Virus record (IMG/VR): IMGVR_UViG_3300035698_004821
Span: 29,085-93,084 of that record
Source: a virus
Reading direction: 5' to 3' (one strand)
Length of the DNA: 64,000 nt
Shown here: piece after piece, positions 43,401 through 50,935 of the stretch
Numbering within the stretch: position 1 is the first letter of the stretch
Layout of the letters: the number at the start of each line of letters is the position of its first letter
The notes under the pieces: model-generated
Database searches by the model: none
What the model was told of the DNA's origin: nothing
The model's input: only the letters and a program-made list of their open reading frames with translations
Program-made: the position numbers and the translations under genes

Positions 43401-45282
43401 CTGGAAGAACAACTACGGTATAAGATCCAAGACCTACTCAACGGACAACAGAGATAAGTTTGAGAAGCTCTTCCAAAATGGGCTAAGGCAGCTGGTTAAA
43501 AACCAAATCACCCCAGAGGGTGAACTGCTCGAAGCTAACACTGTCTACGGGGAGATTGGTCCCTTCCCGGCTAGCACAGCCAGCAAGATACTTTACCCAC
43601 TAGCTGAAGCCATCAAGCTTGACTACAGTAACTGGGCTGGTGTAGCTGAGGGTGTAGTAAACACACTAGTTAATACATACTCTAACGATGGACTATACTA
43701 CCAGAACCCTTACCGACAGACTACACAACCAGGTAAGGAAAACGACGTACTAGCTGGACTCATTGAGATGTATAAGGCAGTAGCACAGACGGGCCAGTTC
43801 ACTAATTGGGAGCCTATGAGCGATGAGTTAACCACCCTTCGTGGTGCTGAGTTCTTGCCTCCGTTTGATTCATACGAGACTGTTCCTGTCAGTGACTGGG
43901 AAGGAACAGTTAATCCATTAGCTTTCTGGAAGTACTATAACTCAGGTGATGTAGAGACTGCCGCGAACAGACTTAAGGGCGCGGGCATCAATACTATAGA
44001 GGTGCCCCTAGACTACATCTACTGGAAGGAGAACTCTACTGAGTTCCACAGCAAGTTGGCTCACCTGCTTTCTACCTGCTACGAGAATCGCATCCGTGCC
44101 ATCCCAGTACTTATGGAAGGTGGGACCACAGCTGTACTCAGTGGACAAGAAGCCGACTACGTAAACACCTTTGGCCACACCGGTGGTAGATACTACTATG
44201 AGCCTATCTCAGACGCAGGGTTTATAAGTGGTGCGTTCTCTGGTGAGGCTTATGTCGCAGACCTCGTTAACACGTATGACAACGACCCAACCATCCTAGC
44301 ATGGAGTATTGCATCTAAGCCAGTTAACACAGCTGGCGCTATGGTTAACTACAACACCATGGCATGGAACATTAAGCAGCTAGCTACTACCCCTGTCATA
44401 TATAACCTGGATACCAACGTTAGTAACGCAGAGTACTACGGTCTATATGATCAGGACAGTGACCTTATCCCCGAGCCTGGAGACAAGAGACTGGGTGCCA
44501 CAGTGGTAGAGGTTGATGACATATACAATGTCGTCAGTCCACTCTATAACCCTAACTATGACTTCGTAGGCATGCAACCTAACAACGTCTTTAGTTACTA
44601 TCTGGATAACCTGTCTAGGCTTATAACTAAACCCACCATCCTAAGTAAGTATGGCGATGGCGCTTACGGTGACTACTCTGTTAGTATACCAAGAGCCACC
44701 TCCCGGGATATACCCTTTACGTTATCTAACTTCTTTGTATCCTCCGGAGAGTACCCAGGTAACCTGTACTTGGATGGTAGATCTAGAAACACTAAGCAGC
44801 TGTTAGCTCTGAACACAGCGGCTGTAGATGATGGCGTCACACCCACAGGACAGATAGATCAAGTTACTACATTCGAAGGCAGGTACCTATATCCGGAAGG
44901 ATTTGTTCCAGCCTCTAATGCAGGCACCATTCTTCGTGACTTGTCTTCCTGGAACAGCAGGACACTATTTTCTGCTACTACATCTGATGAGACGTTTACA
45001 CAGGTAGACATACTGTCTACTGTTCAAGCTGGTTTAGATACCTTAGATTATGTACACATCTGGACAGCGGATAACTACTTCGTACCTCAGAACCTGACAG
45101 TACAGGAGTGCAATACTCTTAACTACTACCGATCAACATGGAGCACAGTGGACGTGTTTGACTCTTCAGCTACCCAGTGGACCCTTAACGGCGATACTGA
45201 CTACGCTAGATACAACACCTTCCTAGGTGACTGGGGTAACTTCCTACTCTCCCTATGCATAAGACTAAATATAAATGGTTAA
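40405..45282 (+). CDS. Baseplate protein fused to a degenerate GH-A clan (GH5-like) TIM barrel
   Basis: GTG start overlapping the upstream stop. N-part has LDTRGKGGG..WDIGNYDGEAYP. C-part has LKGAGINTIEV, DPTILAWSIASKP and KPTILSKYG. Confidence 0.65.
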   Translation: MGNFNLKNVEFCRQALLQKMTRPLPVLVLYPKNSTDTSLYVQVVDNATVIAIRYVSSVVTNASVDFVGKSVEDVVQEINQLNLPIRAATVHNTLYLNQGDIVSTGAGYVELPDSFTAYDRVDQSGVVLRAKKLAVRHKSNSKIRTLAPYAESASLPWYPRITQGSFSQKYNNKLYHFYIPEFDNQSWSSRYGKPFKDLYGVKPVLKGENVYQLPRFPVYWDGQNITLYNGDVPISESAIEDIDVNNGLLYTKPGVYLQDGFSVDYSYLEKSYVYKEINVNGHFSQNPLILDKYVVIYILPAKSNQGIRKRSVFHTIGDSIDQAIDSIQLDDSSTPIAIIGAYNIQQLFSSDKVSILDTRGKGGGLKLTDGPRSPIHDMDPSLEPEGTPIEDLYQESYRYWDIGNYDGEAYPGAAAVAVDLPIDLQEVLSISDIKAKTSKYMAAGVYPSIKYTKRDLPSVTGMSAQASCAYNLDLSCVHTALVSEAKIYESIPSSFTGGGWLYESYNNPVSIISGDWDEFQPTFDISSTDPATIEVNTTTGVVMPYLKSTSWAGVSWEEREVVYNAGALEEPVTYTPWKEVRYYDVKTVATGQLVKTYLSLDPESVVKQYRHININSPILTGNLPQLLEDSIVDIVDNTLALQVGTDNTIDYATPLARRYTNVLDKTETTTADDFILIDGLYKHLFKMGNTPLEDKYYDRLYQIGEDFINGGTYTDGHYLKPYIQNIDSYVTVATNQAYSIFNFNDPLKALNGYLNMRTRKGQWSGACDAGAQASIGLAYDLMQSTLVSGPFERGIPIYWTYFPQNIPDGYTQDLLSGFLLEDPFDTVGTLSDVVTEHNADATFNFSLPALMSTCVANSGELVTDVNAQSVWTEAYDLTVQSTVNNIDIAINEQRTLSGLPTTTHWFVGHNRLGSYLGNTLFNMVEAYGYVSEYNVSRESITDVRSPAGASANDLNYMFSGIETVLEAGYDAVYHNLLRGGVVEPDMALTLYGYGWYLNNWKNNYGIRSKTYSTDNRDKFEKLFQNGLRQLVKNQITPEGELLEANTVYGEIGPFPASTASKILYPLAEAIKLDYSNWAGVAEGVVNTLVNTYSNDGLYYQNPYRQTTQPGKENDVLAGLIEMYKAVAQTGQFTNWEPMSDELTTLRGAEFLPPFDSYETVPVSDWEGTVNPLAFWKYYNSGDVETAANRLKGAGINTIEVPLDYIYWKENSTEFHSKLAHLLSTCYENRIRAIPVLMEGGTTAVLSGQEADYVNTFGHTGGRYYYEPISDAGFISGAFSGEAYVADLVNTYDNDPTILAWSIASKPVNTAGAMVNYNTMAWNIKQLATTPVIYNLDTNVSNAEYYGLYDQDSDLIPEPGDKRLGATVVEVDDIYNVVSPLYNPNYDFVGMQPNNVFSYYLDNLSRLITKPTILSKYGDGAYGDYSVSIPRATSRDIPFTLSNFFVSSGEYPGNLYLDGRSRNTKQLLALNTAAVDDGVTPTGQIDQVTTFEGRYLYPEGFVPASNAGTILRDLSSWNSRTLFSATTSDETFTQVDILSTVQAGLDTLDYVHIWTADNYFVPQNLTVQECNTLNYYRSTWSTVDVFDSSATQWTLNGDTDYARYNTFLGDWGNFLLSLCIRLNING

Positions 45283-48067
45283 CTTTCTAGACAAAATAAT
45301 AAGCGTCCTTCCTGAATCACAGAAGGTAGCCATCAAGTCACTCATAGCTGCCAAGGTAGCCGTGGGTGAGTTGGCTAGTATCCGCTCTAAGCAAGATGAG
45401 TCCAACCTAATATACAACAGGGTAAAGAGTAAGCTAAACAGTGTTCTTCTTAGTCCTCGCTATGCTGAGCCGGGGGGTAAGATAGACTCTGATGACCACA
45501 ACCAGAATATGGAAGAGGTCTTCATTGACCTCAACTCCCTGTACCAGTCCATAAACACTCTGTTCACCAACACTAAGGACCAGACTGTTACCTTAGACAA
45601 TGACTATCAGAGGTCCCGCGCCACTATCGAGAGGCTAATCAATGACGTGAGGGTCTACTCACTGCGTAAGCAGAACCCACAGTTCAACGAGATCAAGCTA
45701 ATTGATTTCAACTCGTCAAACAACAGCAGCAAGAAGGCACCCAGTGCCGTTGTTACTCCTGACGTTAGATTGCTGCAGCTCAAGCCACTCATCACCACGA
45801 GAACACACCTGACTAATAGGTCAGCGCGTAACACCAAGATATACACAAAGACATACAGCCAAGGTCTGAAGGGTGAACTGTCAGCTAGCTTCCCACCAGA
45901 GAACATGGTGGATCAGAAACCAGACTCCTTCTGGGGAACGATCATACTAGCTGATGCACCTGTCTCACAGATATACCAGAAGAACACCAACACGGGAGGC
46001 TCCTTCCAGGTGTCCGTGGATGGACCTGTCGTAGAGGTTTACTTTAAGTTCTCACACACTGAGAAGATAAACACTATCAAGATCCTTCCTTTCTCTGAGT
46101 TCCCAGTAAAAATACTGGACGTGTCTTACCGCCCCAGCTCTTCTTCTCAGATCTTCTTCCCTATAAAAGACTTCTCTCCGTCCACTACACTAGACTGGGA
46201 AGAGATTAACTTTAGTCCTGTCCTCGCTAACGAGGTCCGGATTACACTAACGCAAGAGAACTATAAAAAAGTCTCATACCTGTTGCCAAAATCTACTGTT
46301 GTCAACACAGATATCTTCCAAAGAATACTTAAGCTTAGAGCATCTAAAGTAATAGGTAACTCTATCTTTGATTCAGATTTCTCTTTATATCTGTTAAGTA
46401 CTATCAACTCATATGACGCTGCTATAGATAGCTTGCAAAAACTGTACAGCGATTTTAATGTAGACCTTACAACTCAACCTAATCTTGAGTTCTACGATGA
46501 CGTGACGTCACTGATTGGGATGGCATATAAGGAACTAGCACCATCCCAAGCAACACGAGTGGCCGACTCTGCCCTATCCGCACAAGCCAACCAACAGCCT
46601 GGAGACACGACAGTAAATATCACCAAGTATGAATATGTACTAGGTCTCAGAGAGGTTGAAATTAACTATCAGTTCTACTACCCCACTTCCTACTACGAGT
46701 CCGAAAAGTATGTGCCTAAGGCAACAGTGTCTGAGCTACAGATCGAAGTTGATGAGAAGCATACGGAGATAGAAACTCCGTGGCAGTCAGACTTTCGCAA
46801 GACTAGTACTGAGTGGGAGGTTGATATAGGGGACGGAAGAAAGATACCTATACACCCTAAGAATATTGTAGACAGCATAGATGGCATACCTGCGGTCAAG
46901 GATGAGAACATATCATTCAACTTTAACAATAACATCGCGTACACCCGCTTGGGTGGTTATTACGGCACCCCCTATCGACTAAAGAAGAACGGAGATGCTA
47001 TACCATCTGATGCATATAGCTCAGAGAGAATCACAGGATCGATACCTAAGATACAGATAACCCTAACTGGTGAGTACTTCGACACTAATAGTATCTACAC
47101 GGTAGACTATGCTGTTGATCCATCTAGTTATAGCCTTGACATTCTAAACAGGTTCAGCAGTGAGCCTATCTCCTCTCCTGAAATATTCAGTGAGGTAGGT
47201 ACCGATAATGATATAGAAGTATCCAAATTCCCATTCATAAACTACGAAGTTATAAACCTAACAGGTTTCTTCCAGAAGACGGATGAGTCAGAGTGGGACT
47301 TCATAACACCACAGGCCGACCTCGTCAGTGGCCAGCTAGTCATACTGCCTACCATCATTGATAGTGTTGGTAACGTTGTACAGGCTGGTAGTGTTACTGG
47401 CACACTAGTCAGCGGTCAATGGGGCAATCAATCCGGATCCACCGCCCCTGACCTAACGGGCAGCGGAGACATAGACCTATCTTACTTCGGAGAAGTAAGG
47501 GGTGTAGAGTTTGGTTACTTCCTGAAGGTGATGGACAGTAGTGTCTACGCTCAGGTTGAGACGTTCTCCGACTCGGACACCTTCATCTTAAAGGAACCTA
47601 TCACAGTTACAGAAGAACAGGTCCAAAGATGGGACTCCGTTGCCACAGGCAATGTGTTCTCTGGCCCTCTAACCTCCCCTGTTATAGGTCAGCTTACTGC
47701 TGACTATGTGATTGGTGTTGGTGTTAAGTCTGATGATAATATCTACTCTATCACTGACATAACCTACAACCCTATCCGGGTAGTAGTAGCTGGCAAGGAC
47801 GCAAAAAACATAACTAACTATGCTACTCTCATACATCCTGCGTTCACAGTGGGGTCGAACAACGACAATGACATGGAGTACATACAGGCAGGTAAGAAGA
47901 TCTATTTCAACCAGGACACAGCTGGTAGGGAGATCAGAGTATACTACAACTGGCTGACTGAGTACATACAGATATTGGGCACCCTAAAGTTTAACGGCCC
48001 TGTTAACCCTAACCTTACTCCGAAAGTAAACCAGATCAGAATCTTCTCAAACAACCTAGTAATTTAG
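45275..48067 (+). CDS. Structural protein, paralog family member 1 (N-terminal helix plus discoidin-like domain)
   Basis: SDDHNQNMEEVFIDL, NMVDQKPDSFW, YEYVLGLREV and C-terminal TPKVNQIRI. Confidence 0.65.
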   Translation: MVNFLDKIISVLPESQKVAIKSLIAAKVAVGELASIRSKQDESNLIYNRVKSKLNSVLLSPRYAEPGGKIDSDDHNQNMEEVFIDLNSLYQSINTLFTNTKDQTVTLDNDYQRSRATIERLINDVRVYSLRKQNPQFNEIKLIDFNSSNNSSKKAPSAVVTPDVRLLQLKPLITTRTHLTNRSARNTKIYTKTYSQGLKGELSASFPPENMVDQKPDSFWGTIILADAPVSQIYQKNTNTGGSFQVSVDGPVVEVYFKFSHTEKINTIKILPFSEFPVKILDVSYRPSSSSQIFFPIKDFSPSTTLDWEEINFSPVLANEVRITLTQENYKKVSYLLPKSTVVNTDIFQRILKLRASKVIGNSIFDSDFSLYLLSTINSYDAAIDSLQKLYSDFNVDLTTQPNLEFYDDVTSLIGMAYKELAPSQATRVADSALSAQANQQPGDTTVNITKYEYVLGLREVEINYQFYYPTSYYESEKYVPKATVSELQIEVDEKHTEIETPWQSDFRKTSTEWEVDIGDGRKIPIHPKNIVDSIDGIPAVKDENISFNFNNNIAYTRLGGYYGTPYRLKKNGDAIPSDAYSSERITGSIPKIQITLTGEYFDTNSIYTVDYAVDPSSYSLDILNRFSSEPISSPEIFSEVGTDNDIEVSKFPFINYEVINLTGFFQKTDESEWDFITPQADLVSGQLVILPTIIDSVGNVVQAGSVTGTLVSGQWGNQSGSTAPDLTGSGDIDLSYFGEVRGVEFGYFLKVMDSSVYAQVETFSDSDTFILKEPITVTEEQVQRWDSVATGNVFSGPLTSPVIGQLTADYVIGVGVKSDDNIYSITDITYNPIRVVVAGKDAKNITNYATLIHPAFTVGSNNDNDMEYIQAGKKIYFNQDTAGREIRVYYNWLTEYIQILGTLKFNGPVNPNLTPKVNQIRIFSNNLVI

Positions 48068-48071
48068 AAAT

Positions 48072-49700
48072 ATGACAGACGCAAGCCAAATCGCAACCGA
48101 CAGTGAGTTCTCAATAATAAAGTTGAGGAACTCCTTACAGGCGCTAGCCGAACGATCTGACCCAGACTCAGACGCTAACACTCTTTTGTCTGAAGCTACT
48201 GCGCTGTTCAAGAACTTCTTCACTAACCTGGCTGAGCCTGAGTTCAAACCTCAGACCCTAGACACAGGGGACACCCCCAAGTCTCAGATATACAACGACA
48301 ACCTTAGGGGAATGTATAATGACATCTCTCGCTTCTACACAGAGCTGAGAAACCTAGCTGTGTCTAATGTCAAGTCATTTAACTTCTCCCAAGTAGTCAT
48401 CAGCGAGGTCAGAAAAAGGGCAGCTGGTTTGGCTAGCATTGTTCTGGATCTAAACATCCTAAGCGACTTCACTAGAGGTGACGTAATAGTAGCTGGAGAT
48501 GACTTCCTCAACCTCGACCGAGTTGACACAGGAGCCGCTATGGGCTCCCCTCCTGCCGAATTAATATCTAATGGTGCTGGGCTGTCCTTGGCACGAGCGT
48601 CCACTAACAACCTAAGCACGGACCCCAGAACGAAGATAGAGATCTTCCCCGTCGGACCACCTACAGCCGGAGCTAATAGCTCAGAGGTAAACCGTAACCC
48701 TACCCCTGGTAACTTGGGCAGGTTCTACGAGGGTAACTACTATAACTTCCTAGGTCAAGCTCGACCAGAGGGTGGTAGCTTTAATATTCAGTACGTCCTT
48801 GACCCTACACAGATACAAGCTGTAGTTGACGTGACCCCCGGATCTAACACCAGCACGGAACCACCAGAGCCTAACTCACTGGGTACTGCCCCAGGACTGA
48901 TACTGGCGCCACCTCAAGAAGCAGGGGGAGCACCAACAGGAGGCCCAGCAGGGACACCCGCTGCAGGAGCCACAAGGCCAGAGGACTACTTCCTTGAATA
49001 CGGCGCATCAGAATCTGCAAAGGCACAAGCAAGACTTGCCATGCTAGACGGCAACCCTGACACCTTCTGGGAAGGTGAGTACCTAGTCAGGTTACTTAAC
49101 CCCCTTATCACTGGACCTGCAGAGTCGGCTATAGTCACTGAGCTACCTGAGACGGAGAGTGGTGGGGCCGAAGCATCGTCTGGTGATCCTGATGCTCCAA
49201 CAGCAGCAGCCTTCCAGATAGACGTTGCCGACCTGAACAACAGGGCACTAGAGAATGACTCAGTAGACCTGATAGTAGACTTGGTTATAACACTGCCTGA
49301 AGAGCAGAACGTTAACTTCCTGGCCATCAACCCTGTGGTCTTCAGCCAGAAAGCCTTCATTGAGGTCGTGGATATCTCAACCATCAGCAGCACAGAGGGA
49401 GAGTTCAAGACAGTAGACAACTGGGATGCCATCCGGTTCCCTAAGACTATTACTCCTGAGGCTAACGAGTTCCTAACGGACAGTCAGTTAGCTGCATCTC
49501 TAGCCCCAAACCGTTACTCTTACTTAGGCCAGGGAATTTATCCCTTCCCACTTAGGGTAGCTAGCAAGGTTAAGATGCGCCTGAGAATGAATCAACCATC
49601 TTCTCAGGTGTATGAAAGAACGTACGTCCTACTCAAGAATAACATTGATGTTACGACAACTACGACAACGACAGTGAAACGAGGATTTCTTAGGTTCTAA
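48072..49700 (+). CDS. Structural protein, N-terminal half of a split paralog
   Basis: Has SQIYNDNLRGMYNDI and AMLDGNPDTFW but lacks the family's later motifs; ends TTTTTTTVKRGFLRF. Confidence 0.65.
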   Translation: MTDASQIATDSEFSIIKLRNSLQALAERSDPDSDANTLLSEATALFKNFFTNLAEPEFKPQTLDTGDTPKSQIYNDNLRGMYNDISRFYTELRNLAVSNVKSFNFSQVVISEVRKRAAGLASIVLDLNILSDFTRGDVIVAGDDFLNLDRVDTGAAMGSPPAELISNGAGLSLARASTNNLSTDPRTKIEIFPVGPPTAGANSSEVNRNPTPGNLGRFYEGNYYNFLGQARPEGGSFNIQYVLDPTQIQAVVDVTPGSNTSTEPPEPNSLGTAPGLILAPPQEAGGAPTGGPAGTPAAGATRPEDYFLEYGASESAKAQARLAMLDGNPDTFWEGEYLVRLLNPLITGPAESAIVTELPETESGGAEASSGDPDAPTAAAFQIDVADLNNRALENDSVDLIVDLVITLPEEQNVNFLAINPVVFSQKAFIEVVDISTISSTEGEFKTVDNWDAIRFPKTITPEANEFLTDSQLAASLAPNRYSYLGQGIYPFPLRVASKVKMRLRMNQPSSQVYERTYVLLKNNIDVTTTTTTTVKRGFLRF

Positions 49701-49701
49701 T

Positions 49702-50565
49702 ATGGGAAGAAGAACAACAACAGTAGTGGAAGAAGAGAAGAACCTAGTTCTGTCTAAGATAGTTAAGTTCACCTACCTGCAGTCGCTGGCCATCAACGGT
49801 GGCTTGACTTCAGCTAGAGATATAGCTGGGGAGACTGAGTCTAAAAATGAAGAGGACGTCACCAGCAACCAAGACCTGAGTAGAGACTCAGCTTTTGTAC
49901 AGAACAATACAGAGATTGTCGCTGCCATCTTCTTCGGAGGGGCAGTTGAGCTTGGTCTCGGACCAATCGGTGAGGCCCTTAGCAACGCGTATAACTCTAC
50001 CTTTGGTAAGAAGACTACTGTAAATGTTAAGGTGGACTATAAAGAGTCCGGCTGGACACTCACCAAGACCTGGAACCAACCTCAGTTTGATATTGTGCGT
50101 TACGCTCTGGGCATTAGAGACTTAACCTTAGCTCAATTCACATACAAAAAGGTTAGTGAGATCATTTCTAAGCCCTGGGGATCACCTAAAGAGATTGTCA
50201 AGGTTGTTTTAAACGTAGATCAATTTGTACCAAGTGTTTTTCCTGCGGGAAATTACATTGAATACTACGTGAAAGCGAATACAGAAAACTCTGAATGGAT
50301 ACAGATCAACCCTCTAGGGTTCCCTTCTGTCTTCAGAGAAGACGGGAGCATCGTGCCCCGTGTCATCAGCTTCAATACTGAGCAGCCCTTAGGGGCCAGG
50401 CTGGAAGACAGTTACGTCACCACTGACAAACCGGTTAAGGAGATTATCTTCCGAGCCGTATTGAAACGACCCTCATCCTTAGAAGGCACTACAGCATCAG
50501 CAGATGGTTACAGCCCTATTCTAAGATCCTACCGACTTTTAATAACACCAAAGAATGGACTCTAA
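49702..50565 (+). CDS. Structural protein, C-terminal half of a split paralog
   Basis: Has RYALGIRDL, IEYYV..WIQINP and terminal SPILRSYRL, i.e. the motifs missing from 48072..49700. Confidence 0.65.
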   Translation: MGRRTTTVVEEEKNLVLSKIVKFTYLQSLAINGGLTSARDIAGETESKNEEDVTSNQDLSRDSAFVQNNTEIVAAIFFGGAVELGLGPIGEALSNAYNSTFGKKTTVNVKVDYKESGWTLTKTWNQPQFDIVRYALGIRDLTLAQFTYKKVSEIISKPWGSPKEIVKVVLNVDQFVPSVFPAGNYIEYYVKANTENSEWIQINPLGFPSVFREDGSIVPRVISFNTEQPLGARLEDSYVTTDKPVKEIIFRAVLKRPSSLEGTTASADGYSPILRSYRLLITPKNGL

Positions 50566-50935
50566 ACTATTTGAACTAGAAAAAAGAATCATCCGCCTCG
50601 AAGCTATGCTCGAAGCAAAGGAAGATCTTATCGACATCCTAACGACTGTCATGCGACAGCCGACATTACAGCCTCAGCCATATGTATTCCCAGACAACAC
50701 CGCTGCGCCTGTGTGGACCTCACATCAAGGCACGTCAAACGTCCCATTTGTGATTTCCGGATCAGTAGATCAAACGTTGTACTCAGTTAGTGGTGGGTAC
50801 GATCCTGCCGCTTGGGAGACATCATGTGGAGCGAACACAGTAGGCAAGACACACAAACCAACAGGTAACCAGAACACGACATCTGTAGAATCAAACCCTA
50901 TGCGTCTTGACTTGGCCACACCGCACGGACTATAA
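50555..50935 (+). CDS. Small hypothetical protein (N-terminal coiled coil, low-complexity tail)
   Basis: 126 aa; fills the gap exactly, with an 11-nt overlap upstream and TAATG downstream. Confidence 0.6.
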   Translation: MDSKLFELEKRIIRLEAMLEAKEDLIDILTTVMRQPTLQPQPYVFPDNTAAPVWTSHQGTSNVPFVISGSVDQTLYSVSGGYDPAAWETSCGANTVGKTHKPTGNQNTTSVESNPMRLDLATPHGL

